A stretch of 64,000 nt of DNA from Vitrella brassicaformis CCMP3155 (taxonomy: Eukaryota > Protista > Chromerida), in NCBI GenBank assembly GCA_001179505.1, contig CDMY01000395.1, positions 62,001 through 126,000 of the forward strand. Direction: 5' to 3'. Shown here one piece after another: positions 1 to 13,245 of this stretch (position 1 is the stretch's first letter; each line of letters begins with the position of its first letter). Position numbers and translations under genes: made by a program. The notes beneath the pieces were generated by a model that saw nothing but the letters and a program-made list of their open reading frames with translations, searched no databases and was not told where the DNA came from.

Positions 1-1107
1 CGAGCTTCTGCAGGGGAGTGCAGCACTGGATGACCAGGGCGCGGTAGTCCTCACTCGCACATATGGGATTGGCACGACCTGACCACCACCGAGGGGACCA
101 ACAGACAGATCGGACCAGCTGATGGGAAGTCCTGATTGTTCAGCCAACCGACCAGCCTGCTGGCTACCTACCTGAGCTAGAGTTTGCGTGCTGGAATTGG
201 ATGTCGGCCAGATGACGGCAGCCGCCTGCAGAGAGGGCGAGAAGGAAGAGGTCATGACACACACCTGTACCGACTCGACAGACATGTTCTCAATCCATTA
301 CTGACCGAGGAATGTCAGCTGCTGCAGATCCCGCACCCGGTTGTCCCTCAGATCTAGCCGGCGAAGGCTGTGCTGGAACGACCACGCCTAACACACACAC
401 ACACACACACACATACACATGCAGCACCGAATGAGGCAATCAGCTCACTGTATCGACACACCTGTTGCAGTCCGTCTAGTGCGCTGATCTTGTTGTATGC
501 GAGAGCCAGGTCCTCCAACTTCACCAGCGACCCCAAACCAGCTATCACTCGAATCTGCACCACACACACACACACACGCAATAATGCGCTCGGCGCAGGT
601 GAGGGGCTGAGCTGACCTTGTTGCAGGAGAGGTCTAGCAGGCGCAGCTTCGGCAGCCGCCCGATGGTGTCCATGCGATCAATCTCATTTGAGGACAGAAT
701 GGCCTCCTCCAACTGACTCAAGCTCTCCAAACCCTGCGTACGCAGATCAACACGGACGCACCCAACGCCACGTGAAATGTGTAGGGTCGTGCTTCAAGCG
801 GCGCTTCCTTCCTGCCTGCCTCCCTCCCACTTGTACCCACCTCTAGGCATGTGATGGCATTGCAGTGCAGGTTGAGGATCTGCACATTCTTGAGCGACCT
901 CAGGTCCAGCTCCCGGATGGACGTCAGGCCCCGGTTGAACGCACGGTACTCAACACGCTCCTCATCCTCAACACCATCGGCAGCATCCCTCGGGGGAGAG
1001 GCGCCTGGATAGATGGATGGACGGATGAATGAACGACCCACAACACAGACACGACAATGAATGGGTATGGAGTCACCTCGTGCTCTGCATTCACCTGCGC
1101 TAGCCAT
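1..1107 (-). CDS. LRRCC1: Leucine-rich-repeat centriolar/basal-body protein, LRRCC1/VFL1-like; 5' part only, continues off the left edge
   Basis: Spliced exons read MASA|...LTSIRELDLRSLKNVQILNLHCNAITCLE|GLESLSQLEEAILSSNEIDRMDTIGRLPKLRLLDLSCN|IRVIAGLGSLVKLEDLALAYNKISAL, then an LRR-cap-like NPICASEDYRALVIQ near base 60. The NLHCN / LSSN / LSCN / YN repeat series matches my recollection of LRRCC1/VFL1. Confidence 0.7.
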
Positions 1108-1224
1108 GGCTGCTGGCGGCGCCTTCGGGCCAGATGCTTTCGATCTCGCCCCTTTCATGGCGCGAGCTTGAGGTCTTTGGCTCCTTTGGCTCCAAGAAAC
1201 CGCTTCCTGCAACCGGTGTGCGAT
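1108..1224. promoter_or_regulatory. Probable bidirectional promoter (117 bp between divergent start codons)
   Basis: ATG at 1107 (minus) and ATG at 1225 (plus) face away from each other. Inferred from geometry only. Confidence 0.4.
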
Positions 1225-3410
1225 ATGGCAGAGGAGTTTGGGTCAGATGGCACAGACGCGGCGTCTGACGGACCATCTGCATCGACCGAGGATGAGAGAG
1301 GCGAGGCAGGCCCCTCTGGAGGCATCCCCGAGTCGGCCGAGGACACTGTGACAAGGCAGCCGAAGCTCGACTTGACGGAACGGGTCAAGAGTCTGTGCCC
1401 GCTGTATGACGAGCTCTATCAGCTGCGCAGTGCTGGGTGGGATTCTCAGGCGATGGGGCGGGTCTGGAAGAAGCGGGATGACCTCTTTGCCACGAGGGCG
1501 CAGCGGAAGAAGGAGAACTATGACCCGGTCCAGTCGTACTATGAGATCTATCAGTCAGGTCAGCAGAGAGAGGAAAGATGGGCAGAGTGAGTGACATTTG
1601 CAGATGTGGCTGCCTGCGTGTGTGTGTGGTGGCTGCCTGCAGGCATGGCCAACATCTCTGCTGGCGGCCGGGACTGCCGTGAGCTCCCGCAGGAAGCCTC
1701 CGTCCTGGAGCTCGGCGCAGCACCAGGTATACATTCACACGAACGACCACCCCACCCGCCTCATACCTCACTGACTGCAAAGGCACGCTGTCTGGCCTGG
1801 CTGGCCTCTGCAGGTGGATGTTGCCGCTTTTGGCACGAGGACTGCCGGGCTTCCCTCGTGACGGCTGTTACTCTGCCGCAAGAGCAGGGCGGAATTCGCA
1901 TGGCCTACCGTCCCCGACGGGGCCTGGTGCTGCTCGAGAGGGACCTGTCCTGCCAAGGCGCGGCTTTTGATCGGCTGCAGGACGAGCTGCTGGCCGCGCT
2001 GCGTCGCAATGGTGGGGGCGGTGGCAGCCCGAGAGGAGGTGGCGGCCCGAGGAGGGGGAGGGGCGAGGAGGCTGAGGAGGGGTATGACCTTGTACATATC
2101 GGCGCGGTTATCCACCGTGATCGCGTGAGGGGCATCGAGGCCGCCGACCACTACCGAGCGCAGACGCTGCTGAGGCGGAATTGCCTGCGGCTGGCGCTGA
2201 GGATGCTCAAGCCGCGGGGCCACTTACTGATGATCCTGAATTTCGCCTATACGGACCTGTTGCTCCTGTCGCTGCTGCTGCCGCTCTTCGAGACCTATCA
2301 GCTGTTCCGGTGCGGAAGGCCAGCCAGCACAGCACACGAATGAATGAACGGCTTGGCTGACATGTGTCTGTCTGTCTGTGTGCATTTGGGCAGAACCAAC
2401 TTCCGGTGCGCAGGGCAAGGTGGAGCAAAAGGCCGAGGGCACAGCTGAGGGGGGTGTGTGTGTGTGTGTATGTATGTGTGAATGTTGCGGTGGCAGGTTC
2501 AACAGTCGCTTTCACATTCTGCTTCGCGGTCACTGTCTGCCCAAGCGGCGAAAGGACTGGGGGGCCAGGCGCTGCATGACCTTCTTCCGCGACTGGTCAG
2601 AGAACCTTGACGATTGGCCCTCCATCTGGTGCTCTGGCGACCGCTTCTCAGTGGTGAGTGGTGGGAGAACCAGACGGGAGGAGATAACGACCTGCTCATT
2701 GATCCGTCTGTCTGATCTGCGTATGTGTGTGTTGTGCGTCTGCCGTCAGGACGCGGCCATGGAGGTGTTCGTGAGGATGCAAGGTGACTTTGAGAAGCTC
2801 TGGACGGATCAGCTGCGGTCGCTACAGTTCCTCATGCACAAGGCGCACACGGTCAGTCAGCGGTGTGGTGTGCGACACGGCACAGCACAGCACACACTCC
2901 CTCCCTCTGTGCGCCTTCACCTCACCTCCCCTTTCATACCCACCGCTGATTGCCTGTGTGCAGGCGAGGACTGAAGAGGACGTCACTGCTGCCGCGATGC
3001 TGCTACTGGGAGGTGCAGCAAGCCACCTGTTCACTGACGAGCGAAACATGGACACCAGCGGCAAGGATAGCAGCAGGGATGGGGAGTGGGATTGGGAGAA
3101 GGAGAGGGAGAGCGAAGCCACTCGACGGCCATGCAACCGCCACGATTCGGTACCGGGGCGTCCCGACCCCGTGCCCAACTCATCGATCGCATCAACGGCT
3201 GCCCGACGGGGAATGTCACCCTCCTCCATCTCCCGCCACGACTCTCTCGCCTCGTCGGAGCCGTCAGAGAGGCCGCCGCCCCTTCCCCTTCCTCCTGCCC
3301 ATTCTCCGGCGGCGATCGTTGGTGGTGGCGGCTGGGGTCTGAGGGAGAGGCGGCCGAGGGACAGGGGGAGGAAAAGGGACGGTGAAGAGGACAGGGGGCC
3401 TGCTGGGTGA
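1225..3410 (+). CDS. FtsJ/RrmJ-fold (2'-O-ribose methyltransferase-like) protein, multi-exon
   Basis: SAM-binding motif VLELGAAPG|G, then YDLVHIGAV...CLRLALRMLKPRGHLLMIL...LFETYQLF, RFNSRFHILLRG. Low-complexity C-terminal exon ends at TGA 3408-3410. Confidence 0.7.
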
Positions 3411-3768
3411 TGATTGACAGACAGACGCGAGGAATGCACGGATTGAGTGCATCCATGGCATGAGGGATGGGATAGTGGGTTGAGTTGAGGGCTGCGCGAG
3501 GCGAGGGTGCGTGTGTGTCTGACTGACTGATGGGATGGATGGATGGACCTGCCGTGAGGTGAGTGGGTGGGTGTATCATGAAACCCTTGTACATAATACT
3601 TACTGACATCCACCACCATCCCTTGACTGACTGCAATCAATAAGTCTCGTCCCCTTGCCTGTTTCCTTCCTGACACTTGGCTCAAGCCACATATATCGCC
3701 CACTGCCTTTACTCTATCTCTATCGACCATCGCTCTCACGTCCTGTCTGTCTGTCTCGGCCGAGTCAG

Positions 3769-5864
3769 TCAGTGTGTCCTTATCTTGTCCTTGAACGCTG
3801 CCAGCCCGTCCCCCGATGCAATCTCCACATCCATGCGCTCCGTTCTGCCTGTCGGCCGCCCTTCCTTCACATGCAGCCTCATCAGCGGCCCAGCCCACCA
3901 CCCCAACACGTGACGCCTCCGGCCTCCTCCATCCACTGGACGGGGCGATGGTTTGGCATCCTTCCTCTCTCTCCTGTCCTTGGGGCTTCGCTTCTTGGTC
4001 TTCCTCTGTTGCAGTTTTGGGGGCTCCCTCATTTTCCCTTTCTCCTTCTCGATCACTGTCGCTGTTGAGAGAAGATGTCGCAAGGCGCCTCTTGGCGTCT
4101 TCTCCTGGATGGAGGAGGTCTTGGCTTGCGACGGCACGGGGGTGGGTGCCGCTGGTTTCGTGGGTGGTGTGATGGACGGCGCCGGAGACACGACTGGGGT
4201 GGGACGGCGGGCGGCCGACAGGTCGAGCCGAGGGGGCATCCTGCCGCTGACAGTCGACGTGGACCCCCTCCTGTCCACAGGCCATTTGTCTCGCCTCTCT
4301 TCATCTGCCGCCCTCTCCCTCTTGACGAACGTGTCGACAGGTGTGGGTCTTGGCGTGGGGGTGGTGAGGAAGCTGCTGGGGGCGAATGACTTCGGCACGC
4401 TGCCCGAGAGGAATGAGGCAAGAGCAGGCTGGTCCTTGGACCCCTTCTTTGCCTTAGGCACCTTCTTGGTACTCGCTGTCGTTGCTGAGGCCGCTGGCTG
4501 CCCAGCCTCTGCACATGGGACCGCCGCACTCTCTCTGTCCTTGACAGTAGTGTGTGTCTCAAGACTTGTCTTGGCCAACGCTTCGAGCAGGGGGCTCCCA
4601 TGTCTTTTCGTCGTCACCTCGGTCATCTTCGGCTGGGTGGCCTTGCTGTCATCTGCTATCTGGAGAGCTTCCTTTGGCCGAGATGGAGCGCCGAATGCTG
4701 GTGTCGGAGGCTCTCCAATCGGTGTTGAGGGATAATCTTGTTTGGCTGGCTTGTGAGCCTGTCGGTGCGGCTGGGTATGGTCACGTGCTTGGCTGCCAGC
4801 TTCCACCGATGCCTGCACGGCCTTTGGATGGAGTGTCGTTCCCTGCCGTCTGCGGGATGCCCGGCGAGTCTCTTCGGCTCCAGCCACAGCTGCAGCAGCA
4901 GCAGCAGCAGCGTCGCCCACCCTCTCCTCGTTCTCTTCTTGCTCAACCCATCGATGTCGCACCTTGAATGTCTCATCTGCAACGCTCCTGCCACCGTCCA
5001 CCTGAACGACGACCTCGATCTCGCCAAGAGCAGCCACATAGGGGAGATAGACGGGCAGTGTCTCTCTGTGTGCAGCCAGGGGCGACATTGGGATGTCGCA
5101 TTTGATTAGCTGGAGGGGTGGTGATGGGTAGGAGACCGGCACGATGCGGGCGGTGATGGTGAGCAGGTCATGGATGGGGTCATAGGCATCCAGGGGCGGA
5201 CATAACTCACGGAAGCCGACACGCATGGGTCTGCAGCAGACATGCAACGTACGAGAGACAGAGGGACTGGGGCATTTTCTAACCGGCGGCCGTGAGGAGG
5301 GAGCAGCGGTGCAGGGGGCTGTGTGAAGGGCCCTACGGTGAACTGGACTCCAAACACATCACTGGGTGTCTTTCCTCCGGGCTCCGCAAGGAGGTAGAGG
5401 CCACAGAAGCCAGGCAGCGCGAAGGCCCTGCGACACACACACCTCGCATGCACTCATGAGCCGTGGATGGTGTCTCACTCTCCCGTAGGATAGAATTCCA
5501 GCCACGCGCTCCTCAGTGTCACTGCATCGTCGCCATCTGAGCTTGGGAGCCGCAACTTGAAAGGCGCACTCCTTACGGACTCTCCTCGCCGACACCCCGC
5601 CGCGCGCTGCATGTGTGAGACACGAAGAAGGACAGACCCTGAATCAAGCTGTGAGTGAGGTGACAACGTGGATCTTTGGCACACCTTGAGAAGCCGGTGC
5701 AGCCGCCAGACAAAGACACCTGCCTCTAGCGACGTCGACGCTCGGTGCTGCGCATCTTCAGCTGAAATGGGGCTCTCTTTGTCCGCACTTCCTGCTCCCT
5801 CCATCAAACCACAAATTGGCAGACTCTGGGGAAACCGAATCGTTGCCCTGCTGGAGCCTAACAT
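3769..5864 (-). CDS. Hypothetical protein: beta-rich N-terminal region and long Pro/Ser/Lys-rich low-complexity C-terminal exon
   Basis: Phase-compatible exons at about 5864-5480, 5420-5260 and 5235-3769, with GT-AG introns. The 492-aa ORF has coding-like codon usage. No family recognised. Confidence 0.55.
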
Positions 5865-5973
5865 CCCCGCCCGCTTCGAGATGCCGACTCGAGAAGCTCG
5901 GGCATGCAGACCTGGGGGCGGCCCCCATGGCCAAGGAAGAGGATCTGCCAGTGATCAATCTCGTTTCGCCCAT
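5865..5973. promoter_or_regulatory. Probable bidirectional promoter (109 bp)
   Basis: Divergent ATGs at 5864 (minus) and 5974 (plus). Confidence 0.35.
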
Positions 5974-8900
5974 ATGTCAGCGTCTGTTCCGCTGCCTCCG
6001 CTAGGCAATCCTGATAAACCAATTCCTGCAGGCGCGATGGCGGCATCAGAGCACCAACACGCCAGTGAGTCATCGGTGGTTTTCCCGCACCTTTCTGGAC
6101 CGTTTGATGGAGCGCGGCTACTGGAAGGGGGCAGGACATATGCAAAAGAGCCGCAGGAGGCTTCAACAGGTGAGTGAGCACGTATGGAGCGGGCCATTGT
6201 ACACTCACTGCCCCTTTGCGCCACTGGTTGGCTCTTGCTGGTTGGTTACATACAGGTCCCTACAGCACGTTTGGCGGCATGAGCGGCATGCCTGACGATA
6301 TAGTCATGGACGCAGAATTCAGAAGGGAACTTGAACAACAAAAGCTACATGTACGATCGACAAAGAAACACCCACACGTGGACAGACAGACCCCTTCCTC
6401 ACTGCACTCGACGCGTGTCTCTATCAGGAGTCTCTCAAGGCCCGTTTAAGCCTCGAGCACCAGCTGAGCGAGACGAGGGACCGACTCATTGTCACAGACG
6501 CCAAGAAGCAATCATTCAAGAAACAGGTATGTACTTGCATCACCCAATTGATGGCCGTCTCATCCTGCAGGTAGACGGTTTTTGCGTTGCCTTCAGGCCC
6601 GTGAGTACGAGGCAGAGATCGAGAAGCTCCGCGCCACCGTGACCAGCCTCCAGAAAGACACCGAGGAAGCCAGGTAGACAAACACTCGCACACAGACACG
6701 TACGCGTCAAACGGGTGGGTGGGTGTTTGTCAGGCGCGAGGCGATTGAGTGGCATGACCGTGGCGAGGCAGCCGTCAACCAGATGAAGGAAATGAGAGAA
6801 ACACACCTGCAGGTACACAAAGAACACACAGACGTTCCCTTGAGGCTCTCTTCACGTCTCCTGTCGTGCTGATATACGTGCGTGCAGGAGGTGCGGCTTT
6901 TGCAGCGTGGCCTTCGTGCCAAGATGGAGGGCGACGATCAGCGTAACAAAACTGACAGGGAGGCTCAAGTGCTGGAGCGATTAAGCAAGGCCGCTGCGCA
7001 GAGGGAGGAGTCATACAAGGAGAAAAACAGACTCCAAGCACAGCTGGACAAAGTGAGTGAGGGGCGAAGGTATCTCTTCACTTCCAGTCAATAGCTCATT
7101 CATTGTCACTCACTCATTTCAGGCCAAAAGTGACTGTCGTTTGTTGCTGCAAGAGCGGCACGCTCTTCGCGAGAAGGTCAAGCGGCTGTCAGAGGAGGTG
7201 CAGCACCAGAAGAAGAGGGCCGCACTCGCAAACACACGCGATGCACAGCTATACAACCCACTTAGCGGCAGCAGCAGACCGGGCCAGCAAGCAGCCGCGG
7301 CCAAGAGCGACTCTCAGCAGCAAAGGAAGAGCCCCTCTCCGGTCAGCCCGCTTTCTGTGTCGTGGTCTGGCAGCAAGAAGGGCAGGAGGAGCAGAGGGAG
7401 CAACGCCAGAAACAGCGAGACATCACCGGCCGCATTGCCTGATGTGGCGGGGGCGCTGAAGCGATCCGCTGAGGAAGAGGTCAGACAGAAACACAACGAT
7501 GTAGTCGGATGGATGGATGGATCGGACTGTCGGGCGCAGAGTGACGAGGAGTTTGAGAAACAGCTCCAGATGGTAGAGAGGAGGTATGAGATGGGCATGA
7601 CTGTTCTTCTTTGCCCATGCAGCGAGCACTGGTGTGTGGCTCTCAGATTTGAGGGCTTAGGGGACAATGCTCGAGGCCTTGACGAGATCGTAGAACAGCT
7701 GCAAAAGGAGAAGCACAAACTCGAAAACGCAAGGACAGGTACACACGCGACCGCCTCCCTTCTCCATATTCACAGTGCTTCCTCCCTTCTTCAGAGGACC
7801 GTCTCGCCCTGGAGGAGATGTCTGAAGCTCTCCGCGAGTGGCAGTACCTCTGCGATCAAAAGGAGCAGCTGCTAATCCGACTCAACGAGGCCCTTGGCGA
7901 GGCCACACAGGAGCACAAGCGCCTCGTCAACGCATTAGGTCTTGACGAGTCGACCATAGCCACCTTGCCGGCACTGCAGGGGCCTCCTGCCCCTCTCGGC
8001 GAGCCGTCCATCGGTGTGCGGTCAGGGAGGGTCTCTCGGATGGATCACAAAGACAAAGACGTGCCGACAGTGGCTTTGTCTGAGTACGAGGCGGCCAAGA
8101 AGGAGTCGGCCACGCTCAAGTCGACAGCCACGGGGCAACAGTCGCTCATCACCCGGCTGCAGGAGCAGCTGCTGGCCCTACAGACCGCGTATGCCCGCGT
8201 GTATGAGGTCTGCACGTCAGCAGGCCTGCACCACCTGCCTGAGGGCCACCTCATCCCGTCGGACCCTCTGGTGCTCATCCGACAGCTCAACTCGCAGGAC
8301 GGCTCGCTGCGCTCGTTCAGCGACTCCATCCGCCAGTCATCGTTCGGCACGCCCGGCGACCCCAACAGGCACGGCAACAACAACCATGGCGGTAATCATC
8401 TGGAGGCGGCTAGGCCGGCCAACAACTTCCCGTCTTTTGGCGATGCCATCCACACGCGAGCACCTGAATCAGACACACAGGCAGCACCTTCGGGACAGGC
8501 ACAGGTAGGTAATCTGGATCGACAAGCACACAATGAATGCTCTTTACCCCTTCACAAGTCGGTCCTCCCTCCCTCCGTTTGTGTGCCAGGCGGCTCACCC
8601 ATCGAGCAAGTGGGGCCACGGCGAGAGCGTGAGCAACCCAGGTGTGGTCCCGACAGTTGTCATGGGCAGGCTGCATTTGACCGAGGAGCTGGGCCGCTCC
8701 TCTGGTGCATCGGTGCCCCACGGCAGCATCCCCCCGCCCCCCTTCCAACCGGAGGCGCCCAAGGCGCCAGCGCCGAAGGAGAAGCCGGGTGCGGGCCACT
8801 ACTACAATTACTACATCGGCAAGTCGCCCAGAGAGTCTGACGACAGCAACCGGGTCACCTATGCCGCCTCATCGAGAAAGACATTCGAAGGTCGGCCAAT

Positions 8901-10197
8901 TCATGGAGAGACATGGGAGAAGGTAGGAGCGTGTATCATGCATGGGTGATCATGTCTACAGACGACGTGCCGGCGGAGGACAGTGGTGACGGTGCGAGCA
9001 GGAAGGTGGCGAGCATCAGCCCATCGCATGAGGACGTTGCTGACTACTGTGTCAACTGGCTCGTCCAGAAGGCCCTGTCCAACATAAGCGCGGCAGATGG
9101 TGAGTTGGCTCACAGAACCGACTCTTCTCTTTTCTTATCTCATCTCATCCATCACCCTCTCCCTCCCCCTGATCAGATCCAGGCTTCTTCGACGTGGCCG
9201 GCACCTCCATCAGCCAATCGCAACAAGACAGGTGATACGACGTACGTCTCCCTCTTCCTGTCCATGTCTCCGTCCGTCTGTCTCTCCCTGCTTGCTTGTA
9301 GGTATTCACCAGACGCCCTGGACGAGGCCACCCCCGAGCCCTCCGACCCCACCCCATGGGAAAACCCGCCCGAAGGCCCGTCACCCGAAACGGACATCGT
9401 CAGCCCCGATGTGGTCTTCCAGCAGGCCACCTTCGCCAAGACAGGCGAGCTGCTGCAGCTGGAGCTCTGCCGCATGGACGAGCCACCCCTGCCGTGGCAG
9501 GGCAGCCGGCCGCACTCAGAGGGCGGCCTGCCGAGCCGCCCCGAGATGGCGGGGGATGCGTGGGAGCTGAGGGCACATGAGCTGTCGACCAATGAGAGGT
9601 TTTCGATGGTAATTGACGAGGGGATCCTGACGCAGCTGGACCAGGAGGACCCCTGGCGGGACCTGTTCTCGCTTATTGGGCTGACTGCGGGGCGGGAACT
9701 GGTGCTGCCGGTGCTGGTGGGGAGGAGACGTGTGACACTCGCACCTGCAGGGGTGGCCATCATCCTCTCCCTCTATCGGTAAAGAGACATGCACAAACAC
9801 ACGAGCATTGGATCGTATTGCTGTTGTCGGTTCAGTTACGATGCGTATCGATTTTTCCTTAACGGTTATGACGAGGAGGGCGACCGGCTGGCCGACCTAG
9901 TGCTCCTCGAGGACCAACTAGGGGCGGCCGACAAGGCACATCTGGACCTCTGCAACACTGACGAGATGCTCTTTGACTTCTTCGTGGGCAACCTGACTCT
10001 CCACGAGGTACACACAGACACGGACATCGAAGATGCTTTATTCTCTGTCGGTCTCGTTTGTGCAGATCAAGCTCAAGTCAGTGTCGTCTCGGCCAAAGCG
10101 GGCCGCCATGTCTGCGGCCCCCCAGGCGGACGTCAGCCTCAAGTTGCTGTTCAAGGACTACCATAAGGAGGAAACTGCGGGGGATGAACACCTGTAG
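5974..10197 (+). CDS. Large multi-exon coiled-coil protein with a globular C-terminal region
   Basis: Chain of heptad-rich exons (EFRRELEQQKL, EAEIEKLRATVTSLQKDTEE, EVRLLQRGLRAKME, SEALREWQYLCDQKEQLLIRLNEAL) linked by GT-AG introns. Last exon IKLKSVSS...GDEHL ends at TAG 10195-10197. Confidence 0.7.
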
Positions 10198-10440
10198 CTA
10201 GGGCTTTTCGTTGACTGATGTGTGTCATTCATTCATTCATTGTGTGCAATGCATTGTGTGTCTCCCTCCCATGGACGAACATGTACAACACGCACTATGC
10301 ATGCGTCCAGATGAATTGTGCGTGTCTACATGCACACACGCAGCCAAACCCCCATGGATCAGAAAAGACACCAGCGATAGCTATATCACAGACACGGTGG
10401 CCACACATGATTGAAGAAAGGACAGACACCCCTCCTCTCT

Positions 10441-12863
10441 TCACACGGTGCCCTTCCTTCCCCCGATTACGGCTCTCGCCACTTGTGCAACAGAATAAAG
10501 GATGGCGCCCAAGCTCCCCACCGCGAGCAATGCGGCGGGCACTATGATGGCCTCATCCTCCAGGGCACTCTGCATACTCCCTTGAGAACTGTGTGGAAGG
10601 GGAACACAACGGCAGACCGTGTTTGGATGCAGCCATGCTGTGAGGGTGTCTTGCTCACGGTCTGATTGCGTGTTGCCACAGGGTGCTGCGCAGCACCGCC
10701 ACATCGTCTGGGGAGGCCTTCACAGAGAATGACAAAGGGGGCTCGAGGCCTGTAGACCGTAAACAGCACACACAGCATGACATCTCGTGAGTGAATCGCA
10801 TCCTCTCTTCTCGCGCACCGTGTTCCTGCAGCCAGTCCAGTATGTTGGTTTGAAACACCTGAAGGACAGAACCAATATACCGATGGTCAATCTGCTGCTA
10901 CTCTCATACAGTATGTCTGTCCTTCTGTGCTTACTTGTTTGGCGTGTCTGCCGTCTGTCTTGGCGGCGATGACGAGCATGTGGGGCAGCTGGGGCGGCCG
11001 GTCGGAATGTGACGCCCACGAGGTGGCCGCTGTGTCAAGACTGAAGGGGTAAAAGTGAAACCGGTGGTGTGTGTGCCATGAATTGTGGACGAAGACGTAC
11101 CTTTCGATGATGGCTGCAACCTTTGCAAAACCGTGAGGGTCGGTGACGTCATACAACAAGCACACAACATCGTACCTGCCACGACAAGACGAGCAGGTAC
11201 ACACAGGTCTGTCTCCTTGGTGTCTTTCGGTACGTGTGTCATGTGTACCTCTGCAACACGGCCGGATGCAGCTCCTCCTCCTCAGACACGATCAGCTGAT
11301 GACACCGCGACGACGAATCTCTGGTCCTCGTCGACACGTCACGACCGCCAAAGACCGCCGCCCCTCGCTCCATGTCACCCTGCCCAGGCCCGAGCAGCCC
11401 CTCCACCTCCCCTCCCTCCCGGCAACCACACGCCTCACCCATCCAGGGCGCCTCGTAGAACGGATTATCGACATCCATCCGGATCTCCCTGTGTCTCTCG
11501 CTGACCGACCGAAGCGTCCGGCTGTATCGTAGCACGCGACCTGACGCGTCGTCCTCCCCCTCCCTGTGCCGGCTGTTCTCCTCTGTGACGGCTGTGCTGA
11601 CACTGGCTGCTGGGTGAGAGGGCCTCATGCGGAGGGGACGGGTGGGGGATGGCAGGGCAAGCGGAGCGGGTGATTCCTGGTGGTCATTGAAGGATCGCGA
11701 ACATGGCGTATGACCGCCAGGACGGCTGGCGCCTCCCGCTTCATGATCCACCGAAACACAAGCTATGGCAGTGCCGCCCGAGCGCCTTCGAGGGCCGTTT
11801 GGCTGCCGCAGTGCGTGGACGAAGGAGGACTTGCCGGTGTCTGGGCCGCTGCTGACCACACCGCAGCGCCAGACGGTTCGGTCGATGCGATGCTCCTTGG
11901 GTGCGAGGCAGCGCGACGGAGAGAGGGCGCAGCCCAGCTGACGACTCACGAGCAGGACGGAGTCAGGATTGTACATAGCAGCCAACCTGCCACAAGCGCA
12001 CACAACAGCCGCTGAAGCCTCGATCCCTTTCGCTATCCAGTTTGCGCACCTCCAGTAGTTGAGCCAGGCGTCGCGTGTCAGCCCCACGCTGCCATTCTCC
12101 ACCACAGCTTCGACCACACACCACGGCGGCACAGGCGTCAGCCGCTCAAACCCATCGCTCGGCCTGAACAGCCGCCTCACACCCCTCTCACTCAGCAGCG
12201 GACGACCTCCAGCCGATGACGCGAACTGGTGAAAGACCTCATCGAGGAAGTGAATGAAGGGCCGCGTGAGCTCAGCAAAGGTGTGTGGCGGTGCCCCGAA
12301 CGCATCGGATGCCCCTGATGGGTTCGACGCCGCTTCAGAGGCCGCCGAGGCATGGTCACGGAGATAGCTGTAGTTGGTGGGCTTCAGCCGACCGTCAGGC
12401 GTGTACCTGCAGCAGGGAGTATGGGCAGGCAGGCAACCATGGACACCTGTGTATTATGCACTGCCTGCCTGCCCTGCCTGGCTCACCCGTATGTGGTGAG
12501 TATCTGCAGGAGGGACGCGTCGCTGATGGTATCGTCAAGGGTGCGGATGAGGTAGAGGAAGCCCGCCTCGCTGATCTTGTCGCCCACAAGGCCGCCGGGG
12601 CAGTTGTGCTGTATCTCCCTGTGCAGCACCTTGATATCCTCCATCTCAATGTCCTGCATAAACACCTGCTCGTGAGTGGCAACAAGCAGAGCAATTGGAG
12701 CAAACAATACAAGTTTTTGCTCCTTTTGCCGCCACACCTCAAGCTGGAAGTCGTAGAGTTCAGATGGACTGAGCAGCCCATCCCTGTCGGTGTCAAGACG
12801 TCTGAAGATCTGCAAGAGGGCCCTGACCACCTGCGAGGCGCCGCCGTCGCTCAGACCCTCCAT
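10441..12863 (-). CDS. MIRO: Mitochondrial Rho GTPase (Miro)-like protein lacking the N-terminal GTPase domain
   Basis: EF-hand 1 VRALLQIFRRLDTDRDGLLSPSELYDFQ; ligand-mimic region GFLYLIRTL...LTTYG; EF-hand 2 region ELTRPFIHFLDEVFHQF...GLTRDAWLNYWRLAAMYNP; second GTPase VWRCGVVSSGPDTGKSSFV, YDVVCLLYDVTDP, VIAAKTD; C-terminal hydrophobic anchor AIIVPAALLAVGSLGAILYSVAQV. Confidence 0.8.
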
Positions 12864-13245
12864 CCCAGCACCTTTCGATGGGACCGAAAGAGTTGCGAGC
12901 TTCGCTTCATCAAAACGGGGTCGAACTAATGAGGACGAGGCTGTTTAGCAATGTACGAGGACAGGTGGTGCATGGCCCTTACAGGGCCGTGGAGATGTGC
13001 AGCGAGGAGGATGTATGAAGTTGCAGTGAGAGAATCAACACACACCTCTCTCCATACATGTCCTCCACCGCACGCACACTATAAACGGCCACAATACATC
13101 ATGCACACGAATCATGGAATAAACGCACTGACAAAGGCGGCGGGAGCATAATGGATTCGCATGGGTACAGACCAGACAGTTCGCGTAGCCGTATGCACAT
13201 ATACATAGGCAACAAATGCAGGCAGACACGCAGCTGTGCCCTCAC

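Noticed and set aside
2822-4285. Long antisense or alternate-frame ORFs (e.g. 2822-4285 minus, 24927-26075 plus, 14325-15047 plus, 30551-31432 plus)
   Set aside because: They overlap real genes or run through microsatellite introns, and are expected shadows of GC-rich codon usage. No motifs of their own.
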